Positions 24,204 through 39,825 are shown, counted from the first letter of the stretch. The stretch: 64,000 nucleotides of DNA from Octopus bimaculoides (GCF_001194135.2 NC_068983.1:94912604-94976603); one strand, 5' to 3'. The notes: generated from the letters alone by a model not told the origin. Numbers and translations are program-made.

Positions 24204-26301
24204 CGTGTGTATCTATGTTATTTTGGATTGTGTGTATCAGAGATAGTGAAGAGTAGAGTAAAGAGAGGTACAGTGTTTGAAGTAATGTTTCAAAAAATTG
24301 TATAGGTTTGAAATGATTTCTTAATATTTATGTTTTTCTGATAAAATATTCTTTCTGTTTCTGGTTTTATAAAAGGAACGTTTGCAACGAGAAAAAGAAG
24401 CTGAATATTTCCGTGAGTGGGAAAAACAGGAGGACAGTGTAAGTTGCCATCTTGTCAAACAGGCTGTCATTTCTAGATATTACAAACATCTCCATTTTAC
24501 AGTGCATTACAACAAGAAACCTCTGTGTGGTCACACATTCAACCTAATAGAAATGGCAACTAGTTCTTCAAATCACATCCTACTATCTTAAAAATGGAGG
24601 ATACACTGGATAATGTAATCCAAGATAGATTATGTAGTTGATGTTCAGTTGAACATAGTGTGCAGAAAAGTATACTGAATGCAAAAAGAGTTTTAAAGAG
24701 AAGCTGCTTTGGTTGGCAGCTTGTTATACATATCAAAACAAACACAGTTACTGAACAGCTCATGTGTATAAATATAAACAAACTAATGCTTGTTTTATTA
24801 GAAGTGTCAAAATGTGTATCGTACGATACAAACAAGGAGATATTTTTTCCAAATGTATAATTGCTGTTAGAACAGCAGAAATACTGGGTAAATTACTCTA
24901 CTAAAATAGAAAAATTTGTCAATAAACAGCCATGGAACTCAAATTCACATCTCCCAAGACTCCAGTTGAGTGCTTTGCCATTAAGCTAAACTGTCAACTG
25001 ACAAATTCATCTGCTGATTAAATGCTCAAATAGCTTATTGAAAAAAACATGTGTATAAATATAAACAAACTAACAGTTGTTTTATTAGAAATGTTCATAT
25101 GTGTATTGTACAATACAGACAAGAAGATATGTTTTCAAATGCATAGTTGCCATTAGAACAGCAGAAATACTGGGTAAATTACCCTTACTAGGCAGAAAAA
25201 TTTGTCAGCTGAAAATTTAATGGGAATGTTGTATTGAAAGTATACAAAAATAGGCTTAACTTTTTTATTAACTGATATAAGTTCAAACTGCACATGTAAC
25301 TCTTGCTCTATACAAAGGTACAACTCAACCTGGTCTCCATCACAAGTGATGCATTTGCTCTATCATTGAAACCAACATCCAAATATCCTTTCAAACAAAT
25401 TCAGGCGTGCACTATTGTACCCACTCCTTCACAATCACTTTCACCTTGTCTTGTCATCAAATCATTTCTGAAAATTGTCCTTCAATGGACTGAACAAATG
25501 GAAGCTGAAAGGTACCTGATCTGGACTGTATGGTGGGTGACGGACTACTAGCCAGCCCAGTTTGTCAGTTGCTTGATTTGTTGCCAAAATATGTGTCATT
25601 ATACATTGTCATGGTGAATGTAAAGTGTTTTCACAGTATTGTTTGGTCTCCTTTTCCTAATGGCTTTTCTAAGCCTTTTCATTGTCTCAGTGTACTGCTA
25701 CATTTCAGAACATCAAGGAGAATGACACCCTTATCATCCTCCAAACAGTCAACATGACTTTCTGCACCAATCACTGGCTCTTGAACTTCTTTGGCCTTGA
25801 ATAAGAAGTGATAACATTCTATGGACTATCTTTCAAGTCATAAAGATATAGCCACTTTTTTACCTCTGTTACCAAATTGGGTAAAAATCATGTCTTCATT
25901 GGTTTCGAATGTTTTCAGCAAATCAGAACAGACTTCCACTCTTCTTGTCTTCAAATCTGGTGTCAGTTGCCCACTTTCACATTTCTTTCAGTACAACCGC
26001 TCTGTATGCGTGTGTTTATGTATGTGTGTGTGTGTGTATGTGTGTAGATTTAACATCTGCTTATCCATACTTGATATCAGTCAGACAAAATTTCATTGAG
26101 GCAGAATTTTCTATGGCTGAATACTTTTCCTGATAGTAAATCTTACTTATTTCCAAAGTCTATCAAACAGTGAACAGCCTGGACATGTTTTCATGCAAAA
26201 CTGCTACCAAATGTATTTTGTATGAATGATGATGCTTTTGTTTACATTCAGCATGCACATTTCAAGTTGAGGGCAATACATAGTTGTGCATGCACATGCA
26301 T

Positions 26302-26361
<60 letters not shown>

Positions 26362-27619
26362 TGTGTATGTGTGTAATATTGCTTTCCAACGATGTAATCT
26401 TAGATTTGGTCCCACTGTGCAGCACTTTGGAGAGTGTCTTTTACTATAACACTTACCCAACCAAAGTCTTGTGAGTATATTTAGGGTACATAAACTGAAA
26501 AGAAACCCATTGTATATATGTGTGTGTACATATATACATATACCTATGTATGTGTAGGCACAGCGTGACTGTGTAGTAAGATATTTGTTTCCCAACCACC
26601 TGGTTTCAAGCTCAGTTCCACTGTATCACACCTTGGACAAGTGTCTTCTACCATAGGCCCCAACCAACCAAACTCTTGCAAACAGATTTGGTAGACAAAA
26701 ACTGAAAGAAGCCTGTCAAATATATGTATGTGTGTTTGTCCGTGTGCATTACTGTCTCCTTACCTTTTACCTTGACATCACGTAATAGTTGTGAGTGTCA
26801 TCATCATGCAAGCATTTCCTTCATTTCCAATCATCCACGGAAATCTGTCATGGGGAATTATTAGCTTACTTGGAATATATATGTGATGGTCATTGCCTCT
26901 ATGAGGCCTAACACTCAAAAGGAGCTCAGCCACTTTGCCTCCATGAGGCCCAATGCTCGAAAGGAACTCAGCCACCTCACCTCCATGAGAAAAAGACCCA
27001 TCAAGCTGAGCAAAATCACAGTTGTGGCAGATACCGGTGTCACATAAATGGCACCCATGCTGGTGACATGTAAAAGCACCCATTACACTCTCAGAATGGT
27101 TGGTGTTAGGAAGGGCATCCAGCTCCAGCATGCCAGCCCAGTCAATGTCCAACCCATGCCAGCATGGACAATGGACATTAAATGATGATGATAAAGACTC
27201 ATTCTCTGCAACAGAAGTGTTAAGGCCGCTTCCTCTGGTGAAGAGGAGGATTGGCTTGCAAGAGTCCTTTGCTGGTGCCATGTAAAGAGCACCTAGCATA
27301 CTTTGTAAAGTGGTTGGCATTAGGAAAGGCATCCCACTGCAGAAACCATGCCAAATAAGACTGGAGTCTGATGTAGCTCTCCAGCTTGCTAGATCTGGTA
27401 AAACTATCCAACCCATGCTAGCATGGACAGTGGACATTAAATGATGAAGATGATATATGCACACACATAGATACAAACACAATGCACTTCTTCCAGGTTT
27501 TACCTACCAAATTTCTTACTCAGATTGATCAATACGATCAATCTGCAGCTATAGTAGAAAACACCAGCCATCAGTGTCCACATGGTCCTGAAGCAAACTT
27601 CTAAATCTATCTCTGTGCC

Positions 27620-27656
<37 letters not shown>

Positions 27657-28226
27657 CATATATATACATATATATATATATCTGTATCTATCTATATGCG
27701 AAATTTTATGCTTTGGGGCAGATTTTGTCAAATTGATGTCACGATGGCTAGTGTGCAAAATGGGGAATTAAAACAACGAATTGAAATAATAAGTTTTAGC
27801 AAATCAAAACAATTCACATTGAAATGAAGAATTAGCAAATGTTAAATAGATTGCTGTTAATAAGCTGTCTGTTTATACCCATGAAACATTTTTCGTCAAA
27901 TTGATGTCACAATGGCTAGTGTGAAAAATCCCGAAATTTTATGATTCTTGAAAAATCGATGCTGATAAAAAATCGATTTTTGAAAAAAAATTCCAAAGGC
28001 ATAAGCCCTACACATGTGTGAAGTTTCATCAAGGTCTGTTGGATAGTCTTGAAGTAGTTAAAGTAACAAATTCACAAACACACAAACTTGCCATTTATTA
28101 TGATTTTTACTTTGTATTATATTATACTTATTTATTGTGCATTTACTTATTAATTTTTCTATATGTGACTGTGGGTTTTTATGAATGAGTTCATGAACTT
28201 TGGTTCTTTTCTCTAAAACAAAATAT

Positions 28227-28261
<35 letters not shown>

Positions 28262-28441
28262 TAAGTGGTAGGTTTGCCTCGATCCTTCAGGGGTAAGTGA
28301 CTATGACATAATATACAAAATGACTCATTACATAACCTAAACCTCTACACTGACTCATTTCACAAGCTCCACATAATATAACAACGGCTATCTAGTCCAA
28401 CGAAAATGCTTTTTCTTGTATTTGTCACTCCATTCTCCAAG

Positions 28442-28481
<40 letters not shown>

Positions 28482-29122
28482 TACATACATACATACATAT
28501 ATACATACATAGACATATGATAGCTGTTTACTTCTGTGTGAAGAAAGTTATCATGAAAGGAAAGCCAGCAATGCTTATGCCGAATTAGACTGTCAGGTCA
28601 GAAGAAATTCAGCAGTATCAGCACCAAGCAGTGTTTAGGTATAAGCGAACTTTGTTAGTTAAAATATGTTTGTAACATAGTGAAAACTATGGCTTTAAAA
28701 TCTCCCCAGACTTACCTCTCTTTAGTTTTTCCCACTGATAACAGCTAAAGAGCTAGAAACACATCTGGGAATCCAATAGTGAGACAGCACTGGATAGATT
28801 TTGGTGTTTTTACACCTTTTACTATAAGAGAAAATTTATTCTCCACAGTAACTGCAGTGAGTTTGCTTTAAGAAGTTGAAATATGTCACATATTTTAACT
28901 TAAAGTTTGCGTTTACACACACACACACACACACACACATACTTGTCATATTCAACAATATATTTAGCGAAAAATTGACAATCTTTTGCTATCATTAACA
29001 TGTATATATCATTTTCTTTTTATCTTTATTGTATTTTTCAGTTTCATTTACATCAAGCAAAAATGCGTTCAAAGATAAGAATCCAGGATGCTAGAGGTAA
29101 GCTTAATTTTTTTTTGTGTGTG

Positions 29123-29155
<33 letters not shown>

Positions 29156-30058
29156 GTGTGTGTGTGTGTATGTATGTATAGGTGTGTGTGTGTGTATTTC
29201 TCAAATTGCTGGACCAAGTCATGAAAGTTACAGAAAGAGTTATAGCCCAATTAATTAGAAAGAATTATTGTAGATGAGATGCAGTTTGATTTTGTGCTAA
29301 GTAAAAGTATTACTCATACTCCCTTTCTAGTAAGACAACTCCAGGATAAATGTTTAGCTAATTGCAAGCCATTGAAGTTGGCATTCAGCAAACTGGAGAA
29401 AGCCTTGTTCTGTTATGTGGTGGTCTCTGAGAAAGCTAGATCTCTGGACAAATGGCTTGTGGGAACTATGCAGGCCATGTACAGGGACACTGCCTGTAAG
29501 GTGTGTGTTAGTAATGAGGACAGTAATAAATTTAGTCTTCAAGGTAGGAGTACGCCAGGCTTGGTTCACAGGGAGGACCAGAGGTACTATTTAGCACAAT
29601 TCCCTCTTGCAAGCATTTGGAACAATGACTTGCATTAAAGGACTCCTTGAGACAATGAGATAATGTTAAATCAAGCGGTACGTTAAGGTAGCATGACTGA
29701 TCTATTAGTTTCAGTTCTGGAGTAACCTTTCTTCTTAGTGCTGAAATTTAAAGAGAATCTGAATGCTAATATATTCATCATCATCATCACTTAGCATCTC
29801 TTTTTTCCATATTGGCCCAGGCTGAATGATTTGACATGAACAGATTAGCCAGAGGGCTGCAGCAAGTTCTCATGTCTGCTTGAGTACTGGGTGCTTTTTG
29901 CATGGCACCAGCAAGCACTGGGGAGGTCATCAAGTACTCACAGGCCATGACCCCCTCATCTGAGTGAGGTATAGTATTGAGGGATAAGAATGTAAGATTG
30001 AAGGATAGGAGCAGATGTCTTACTGAAGTGGTAAATACATGGTTTTTGCCCACCTGGT

Positions 30059-30094
<36 letters not shown>

Positions 30095-33000
30095 TGAGGT
30101 CAAGGTACAAGGTAGATATGAAAGACAGAATAGGATAGAGGAACAGTAAGGTGAATGTGTTGGTATGTGTGCTAGAGCATATTATTATGACAAAAACTAA
30201 CATCCCAATGTAGTGTTTAAAGACATCAATTGTATTTCATCTCTTACTTCACATCATACAGCTAAACCTATTGACCTGCTGGCAAAATACATCAGTGCAG
30301 AAGATGATGATCTTGCTATTGAGATGCATGAACCTTACACATATCTCTATGTAAGTACAAAACATTCGATTTTTTTTTTTTTAACCCAATTATACCTAAA
30401 TTATCAACAGGCAGGAAAGAAATTGTTAGCAAAACTAAGAGTTTAAGTGATAAAAGTTTGTCAGTTATTATAATTGCATGCATGCAATAATGTTATTTAA
30501 ACTTCAGAAATATTTAGAGTACATCCAATTTTTCAATTTTATTTTTTCCTAACCTGAAATTTTAAGTGTCAAGAATTATTAATAATAGGTGTTATTTGGT
30601 TAATTGATTATATTTAAATTCTTTCAAACTGCTCATGTATTCAAAAGCATACATGTTGGTGTGCCATACTTTAATTATTTGTTCTTTAGTTGGTTTGAAT
30701 TATTTTAAGGCTATGGTGAAGTTCTGCCCAATTAGTTTGTTTCTCAAAGGAAACTACTTCTTTTACAATGTTAATGCCCATATATTTTTCAAGACCTTCT
30801 GAGTAATGCAGATAACTTGAAGAAGTAGGAGGTTGTTATGGATTATTGTAAGCAGCTGGCAGGAATACATTAGTGAAGAGAGAATTCTAGAGAGGTAAAA
30901 TTCTAGGATGGGAGGTTTGGTGCAGGAAATGCAATGATAGGTATGTACATGAAGTGGGTTTGGGAGGAGATATTTCATAGTCAGTGGCTGACAGAAAAAC
31001 ACGAGTAAAGAAATACTTCCCGAGGGATACATTTCTGAAGTAGAAGGACTGGAGAATATATCTGATATAGTAGGAGGTAAAATATGTTCATCATGTGGGT
31101 TTGAGACAAGGTATTCAAGTCCCCAAGTAGAAGCTGTCGTGGTGGATAGTAGGGTAAGTATTGGTTAAAATTGTTGAAAATATCTGTTGAGTGCTGGACA
31201 GTAGAACTGTAGAAGTGGTAAATTTTATGGTGTAGAGGTGTAACTATAAGATGAAAGTTATGGAGATGAGGCTATAGTAACATTGGTAAAAGTATAATAT
31301 ATTGTTTGGGAAAAGCATGAGTGTCATTTAGTTTTATAACCACTCTCTTCTTTCCCAGCTCTGGTAGCTGTTCTAGTAGAATACCGATCTTGTTTTAAGG
31401 CTAAGGAGTGGCAAAGCAAGTGCTTGATGGAATTTAGTTAATTTCTCTTCACTTTCTGAATTTAAATCCTACTCATCATCCTTTAACATCCATTTAATGC
31501 TAGCATGGATTGGATGGTTTGACCCGGGCTGGCAAGCAGGAGAGCTGCACCAGGTTCCAGTTCGATTTGGCTTGGTTTCTATGGTGGGATGCCCTTCCTA
31601 ATGCCAACCACTTTACTGTGTGTACTGGGTGCTTTTAATGTGACACTAACACAAGCATTTGTATATGGCACTGGCACAAGTGCTTTTTACACGGCACCAG
31701 CACAGAGCTCTTGTAAGACAATCTTCTTTATCATTACATGGTTACAGATAGCCATATCTATGCCAACATTTACATTCTTTGCCAATATATAGCAAAAGAT
31801 ATGGGATGAGATGCACTTGCATATGTGCACACAGACACACACATACCAGATGATCTAGATAATACAACTGATTTTAGTTGGTCATTTTACTCAGTAAAGG
31901 CAGTGAGTTGGCAGAATTGTTAGAGTGTTGGGTAGAATGCATTGTGTTCTAAGTTGAAATCCTACTGAGGTCAACTTTACCTTTCATCCTTTCAAGGTTG
32001 ATAAAAAAGTATCAACTCAGATCAGTGAATTAGAGGGACAGACAAAATGGCTCTTAGTATCTGTTCTGGTACTTTGTGTTCCGACAGTAATACCTGCAAT
32101 GACACTGGTACCAAGCTGTATCAGATATCAGACTAAGTTGGCAACCTTTCCCTTGGCTAAACACTGGTACTGTAGAAAAGGGAGACTTGTGGGTATAGGA
32201 GACTGCAAGTCTTCTTCAAAAATTCTTGTCTTATGTCATTTTCCTTTGACTAAATAGTCATCTCCAAGCAATACTTTGATATGTTGAAGAGGTTTGGGGC
32301 AAAGGTCAAGTGGCTTCGTCTTGAACAAGAACTGAACTAATCTTTATGCAGTATGGTGCACTGCCACAGTGGGTAGTCACAGTACGTAATTGATTGAATG
32401 AAAAGTACCCAGAAAGATAGATGGGGGTTGTGGATCTGCAACTTGATCCTCAGATTTTCCACCATGTGATCTCTTTCTATGAGGATTCATCAAATCAAAG
32501 GTATACTGCAGTCATCCTAGGGACATGCTTGAATTATTGCGAAAATGTGTTATGGCTGCCTTTATTGAGATGCATTGGAACATTGTGCTGGAATATAAAA
32601 AAATAGAAGTTAGAGAATTTGGAGTTGCCCACATCGAAGTTCACATCTACTATTTAATTCAAGATAGTTGAAATGTTTTGTCAATGACTTGTATTGTACA
32701 TTTTTAAACATAGTGTGTTACATTGAATATTAAGATATGATTTATTTAAATCAAATGTGTGTGTGTGAGAGTGAGAGAGAGAGAGAGAGTGAGTGAGTGA
32801 GTGAGTTTCTGCACCGTTTCTCTCTCTTGTGTTCCACTCACATGTTTAGTCAACTCAGGGTTGTGGTAGAAAACACTAAGGTGCCACATGGTAGGATTGA
32901 ACCTGGAAACACTTGAGAAGCAAAGCAAAACCTCTTAACTACTTTGTCATACCTGCACACATATATGGAATAATTAAAGCAATTCTGTTTAATATTCTTC

Positions 33001-36000
33001 TGTTTCAGGGTCTTACAGTACCAGACCTGGAAGACTTGCTTGAAGACATTAAAGTATATTTACAACTGGAACAAGGTAAAAATGCAGATTACTGGCGGGA
33101 CATTATCACAGTTACAGAGGATGAGGTGAACAAACTGAAAAAGTTAGATCCTCTTAGTCGAGGTGAGACATGTGCTGTTTTGACTTTTCACATTCAAATT
33201 GGTTTAATCTGGCTATAATTATGATATTCTTGGTTTTGTTAACATGTTTGCTTTTATAATAATATAACCCCACCAAATTACACAAATAGTTGAAGTTTCC
33301 TTTGGTTGTTTATATCATTTTATATATATACATCAACATATCTAACAGCATCAGTATTATAATGACTAAAGTGTTATACTTTAATCAAGATAAACCACTC
33401 TATAAATAAATCCACATACCAAACATTATTGGTATTATAAGTAAATTGTTAAACCTTAGACAAGACACCACTGTGAGAGAATATACATTAACATATTTAA
33501 CACTGTTAATAATAATCATCATCATCATCATTTTCAAATTTGCTTTTTCTATGTTGGCATGAGTTGGATGGGTCAGTTCAACACATGTCATAGTACATTG
33601 TCATCTCTTTTGTGAGGTTCAGCAACATAAAATGGTCCCTCACCACTTGTGCTCACATCTTTTACAATTTTTGTCTTCTGCAAATTCCTTCTGCTTGCAT
33701 CACTAGGTACATAATTACCCAGCTGTCATTTTTCATATCCATCATGTTTCCATATTAATGAAGTTTCTCACTTGCATACCACAGTGAATACATCTTGCGT
33801 GTATCTTCTCTCAGTGTATTTGTGCTGCATTGTTCATGCATGCTGACATTACTCATTCAGTGGAGCATTCTAACCTGATTTCATTTTAGCTTTTGCATAT
33901 CCTCCACAATCATTGCCAATGTCTCACAGGCATGCAATATTGCACTTTGTATACAAACATCATGCAACCGCCCCATCCCTCATAGAGAAAAACTCTATGT
34001 TATCAATAGAGATTAATAACTGCTCCATATACCTTTTTTCTTTTCTCTGGCTACTATACTTTAACACTACTCACCTCCACTGCTGATTTGGTTACCTAGG
34101 TTAACAAAGCTATCAATTATTTCTCACATATCTTCTGGGCAATTGAGAAAATTCATTCTTGGGTGCTTTTATTTACTAGCTGTTCCTGTGTATCCATCAC
34201 ATATGAAATCCTTCTTGTCTGTCAACCTAACTGAGATCCAACTGCTTCTTTTGTGTACCCTTTGTTTGCAGTAGGTACAAAGTGTAGAGTTTTCTTTCTA
34301 TATATTGAACATGGTCAGTTCCTTGGTGGTGTGATGTTCTGGTTTCTTCTCTGCTCACAAAAATTTTCACCTTTCCTAGTTCAGTTTTTAGGCCTTGGTT
34401 CTAAGTCCTGCTTCCACATTAGGAACTTAAACCTTTAATTCTTCAACTGATTCACAAAGACCTGAGTATTAAGACTCAAAAAAATCACTTATTGACACAA
34501 CATAACCATTTCAAGATTCACTTGCTTATACACTACATAAACTTACCAACACCCTGCAATCATTAAAAAAAACTCATCTATTACACATTTACCCTATCAT
34601 TTCTCTCAGTTGCATCCTTCTGGAATTCTCAACCATCCTATACTCAAGAAGACCTGCCCTCCATAGCAGAAGTGTTAAGGTCACTCCTCCTGGTGAAGAA
34701 GATTGGCCTGCAAAAGTCGTGTGCTGGTGTCAAATAAAGAGCACTCGTGCCGGTGCCAAATGAAAAGAGCTCCATGTGGTGCCACGTTAAAAGCACCCAG
34801 CACACACTGTAAAGTGGTTGGCATTAGGAGGGGCATCCATCCATTGAAACCAAGCTAAATTAGATTATAACCTAGTACAGCTCTCCAGTTTGCCTGCTCT
34901 GATCAAACCATCCAACTCATGCTAGCACGGAAAATTTACATTTAAGGATGATGATGATGACACTGACCTGTAAAAGTTCAAACTAAACAACAATCACATC
35001 TGTCTCACTAGTGGGGATCTATACAGATAACTCCTCTATAGGCTAATAAATACAAAAAAAAAAAAAGGACTTGATTTTTTTTCTGTTTTTAAGGCATGCT
35101 GAGTCTGATGAATAAATACATTGGGAGAAGATAGCCATTCCTGCATCCATCCTCTTACTACTATCATTACATACTGTGGCTAATAGCCTCTCTACTTCAT
35201 TACCTACTTCATGTTGTACTATCAACTCACTGTTATTATCACTACTACCAGCATCACTCCCCTTTACCACTAAATATACCACCACACGACTACATTACCA
35301 CCTTCAACACCATTTCATTATTATTGTGCTGTCATTAATCATCATCATGTTACTACTTCATTGTTATCATTGCAACACCACCAGGTTGGAATGACATAAC
35401 TACCATACCTACCATACCTGCATTAATAGATTTATCTTCCTGATATATATAGATTATAGGGTTAGTAGCAATGTAGTAATGTAAACCATTTCTCCCTAAT
35501 TACAGATTATGCTGGTGACCGAAGAGAAGGAATTAACCACTCAGTCAGCAGTGAAGTGTCCACTATATTTAAAGGGAAAACTACAAATCAATTGTTACTT
35601 CTACAGGAACAGATGAAGAAGAAATTGCAAGGCGGAGAGGGCATTGATATCGGTAAATTTAACCAGGTTTTAGTGTTATTACAACTGTGACTGTCCCTTC
35701 TCTATCCTGTTACTATTACTTGGGCTGCCACTGTCTAGTTGATAGCATGAAAAGGATGTTTTGGTCCTGTTGCTACCATTATTATCACTTCTCTTGTCCT
35801 GTTATCCTCTACTATCATTCTCTTTCCTGTTGCTATCATTATTATCACTTCTCTTGTCCTGTTATCCTCTACNNNNNNNNNNTGTTATCCTCTACTATCA
35901 TTCTCTTTCCTGTTGCTATCATTATTATCACTTCTCTTGTCCTGTTATCCTCTACTATCATTCTCTTTCCTGTTGCTACCATTATTATCATGTCTCTCTT

Positions 36001-39000
36001 GTCCTGTTATACTCTACTATCATTCTCTTTCCTGTTGCTATCATTATTATCACTTCTCTTGTCCTGTTATCCTCTACTATCATTCTCTTTCCTGTTGCTA
36101 TCATTATTATCACTTCTCTTGTCCTGTTATACTCTACTATCATTCTCTTTCCTGTTGCTATCATTATTATCACTTCTCTTGTGGGTTTCCTGTCTGATAT
36201 TGACTATGTCCCTTTCTCTGACCAGACTTAGAGGCACTATATAAGGTTATGGGTGCAGCCCTTATTCATTTGACTAATATTTGACCATAAAAATGAATGA
36301 ATGAATGAAAAGAAAACTCTGATGGAATGACTACAACTACTATTTTTACTACTGCTACAGTTATTTCTCTTTTGTGTATAAGGTAGTCCTAGGAGAAGTG
36401 TGGAGTAGGCTGTACCCATGACCTTTTAGATTGGTGAGATTGATGAAATTGGTGCATATTCTGAACATTTGTTGGTGATGGTCTTTAGGAATAAAATATC
36501 ATGTGGTGGGAGGGTGGGATTTGATTTGAAAGCTTGAATTGAGTGACTTTTGTCAAAAGCACTCTAGTGTCAGGTGCTTGTTTTAAACCATGTAATGTGT
36601 TAAATCAAACAAAGCTCCACCCCTCCCTGCACAGGCTTCTAATAAAGAAGAAAATCATGCCTTTGGCAACCATAGTTTTGGGCAACCTGCAACCAATAGA
36701 ACTTTCTGCATGACATGCCTAATGAAAAATTACCTTCAGGGCTTTTAGTAGTGTGGCCCATTTGATGATGAGTCACATCTCATGCAGCCTGCTTCTTGTA
36801 AAAGGTTGCCCATGTTTGGCTTATATTGTGTGCAAGCACTAAGCGGATGTTCAACAAGAAAGTGAAAATGAATGGAGACTCATGCATGCCAGAACAAGGC
36901 TGCAGTCAGTAGAATGAGTTGTTGATGAGTGAAGATGCAGCAGCAGATGGCTCATCATCACATGAAAATAATTAGTTTAAATAAGGAATACAAATTTTTC
37001 CTTATCTTTAAGTTTTTAGGCATCCTGAATCCATTCATTCAAGGATAAGCTGATGTAAAATATGCCATCAGGTAAGAATAACTATTAAATACATAATTTG
37101 TATTTGTATTAAGTTCTGTTTTCTGTTATGCTACAGGCTACTGGGAGTCATTGATGTCACAGCTGAATGCACACATTGCAAGGACAAGGCTCAGAGAAAG
37201 ACATCAAGATGTCCTCCGCCAGAAATTATTCAAATTGAAACAAGAGGTAATTTTTGTTGTCATCATCATCATCATCAGCAGCAGCAGCAGCAGTATACTA
37301 CTCATCAAAAATTATAGGATTTTATTGAGTATAGAATAGATTATACAAACACATATTTGAGAGAAACTTTATAGATAGCAATAAAGTGTTCCTCATTACA
37401 CCATTTTGTAATGTGGAAATGTTTTCTTATTGTATCTTATGCTCTTATCTGTCACTAAATATTCTCAATCTCTCTCTCACTCTTTCTTCTTTTCTGTATC
37501 CTCCTCACCATTCACATATCCAAAGCAGTACAGTTACCACTCAACACAGTAGATTTATTTTCAAAAGTGGCTATCTAACATGGTGCCTAACCTACAGCAA
37601 AGAATGTTCTACAGCAGAAGTTTTCCTATTGTAAAGGCTTTTGTAGAAGCTATGTTACAGTGAAAGCTATCCTACTGAACAAAATGATTTACTTCAATTT
37701 CTTCCAATTTCATGATAGTTCTCATCATTTACCATTGTATGCTACTTTATATATCTGGTACCTTCTTGCTATCTGTTGCTACACATTATCATATATTTAT
37801 TGTTAATTCACCCTTGTTGTATATCTAAAAATACATTTGTTGCTATCCTTCATCTATGAAATCTAAGGCTTAGCTTTCTCAAGGTATATCTATCACTTCC
37901 ATTTGTTTCTTAGTACTATTTCACCCAACTCCTAAACTGACCCTATGTTTTTCATATGGTCTAAGAATGTGCTACCATTTCAGTAGCAGAAAAGATGTGC
38001 CAAGGCAAAAAGGAAAAACAATTCGAAACAGACCACCCAGGTTACAAACCAGAAGGCAAGAACAAAGAAAACTTATCTTTCAACTACACACCGCCTGCAC
38101 CAACATCAACACCTTCACTGACACTCCAACAACAACAACAAATGTAATACTCACATGTACAACATTAATCACAGTTGTTGTGTGAGAGGTGGTTTCTGAG
38201 TGTGCGGCCATGTCTCATGATTCTAACAGGAAGACTAGATTTGCTGCTGTTTTTCAACTGACAGATTTAAAAAACAATATTTACCAAAGAAGTAACTTTA
38301 CATTAAGGAGTGGAACGTACAATTTCCTGTAATTCAGACTGCCTATGGTCCCAGTAGACCAAATGGAAAAGGTGTTGCCATGGAGGATAGTGAGGGAGAT
38401 GCACTGGAACAGCCACTCTGACTCACAGGGCTTGCACAGCTCTGAACAAATTTCAGTTCTTCACACTTTATGACTATATTCCATATGTGTTGCTCATATA
38501 GTGACACTCACATATCATTTTGACTTGTGCACTCATCATAAACACATGTAAACTATATCTAAGAGAAATACATTTGGCTGATTGGCAAACCTTCATTTAC
38601 AAACACAATAAGTTCATTAACATACAAGTTCTGCTTCCTGTCTTCCACTACTACAACAGATTCTGCTCTTATCAACTTGTTCACTTTACACTATCCTTAT
38701 CTGTACATCTGTGTCTCTTTTTGTTACCCTTGAATCTGCTACTAAACACTTTATCTAACTATTTGTGTCTAGAACTGCATCTCCCAATCTCACCAAGTTA
38801 TTGCTAGCCTTTCTGTTCACAAAGGGTTAAAAAGATCAGTAGACACTGTCTCTTTTCAAACTATCCAATACATTTAAACATTCCTCCAAGAAGTCGAACA
38901 CTTACATGATTTTAAAACTGCTTTCTGTTCTAGCTTCTCATTATAATAATATCAAGGACAATGGGTTAGTAGAATCAGTAGAATTGCAGTTAAAGTACTT

Positions 39001-39793
39001 TGTTATACTGGAGCATGGTGCAGCTCTCCAGCTTACCTGTTCCAGTCAAACTGTCTAACCCATGCCAGTTTGGAAAGTGAATGCTAAATGATGATGATGA
39101 TGATGATTTTGTTACATCTCTGTATGAATGCAGGCATGGTTGAGTGAGTAACAACCACAGGGTCTTGGGTTCAAGTCCACAGCACTTTGGGAAAGTGCCT
39201 TTACCATAGTTTCACTGTTTTGTGAAATGAAATTGGTAAATTGGAAACTGTGTAGAAGCCTGTCTGATAGACTGTGTCTGTAAATTCAAAGATCCAGCCT
39301 TGCTACAGTGTCACATTGATTCTACCTAGTAATTACATTATTAAGCTTCTGTAGACTACATGGCCACTTCATATGCTAATTAGTAGGTCATCTAGTTGGA
39401 TGCTCTTTTGTCCAAATCAGTAGGAGTCCATCATCACATCTCTACACCTTGAGTTCAAAACCCACTGAAGCCATCTTTCTGGAGTCAATGAAACAAGTGC
39501 CAGTTAAGTGCTTGGATCAATATAATCATCTGTACTTCTCTCTCACAGAATTTATATCATTGTCCATCATTTTAAGTCCACTTGTACATACTTGCAAGGG
39601 TCAAACAGTTTACTGAGGCAGATTTGTCGATGGTGGGATGCCTGTCCGGTCAACAACACTCATCTCTTTCCAAGCAACGAAAAGGATGAGTTTCCACAGA
39701 ATATTGGTAACCAATAACAGTGCTTGTAGAACAGTGACACTCATTACAACTGTCATGTGATCAAGACAAGGAAACACAAACATCATACATTCT

Positions 39794-39825
<32 letters not shown>

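Noticed and set aside
26204-26595. HTHTHT / VCVCVC peptides here and at 17807, 27549, 29053, 39757
   Set aside because: Microsatellite translations.
26778-27482. 234-aa minus-strand ORF
   Set aside because: Read-through of concatenated SINE copies; the same peptides ([21 protein letters not shown]) recur at other SINE copies.
35687-36244. Several overlapping hydrophobic or Cys/Tyr-rich ORFs up to 185 aa
   Set aside because: Translations of the 60-bp minisatellite; no splice or homology support.
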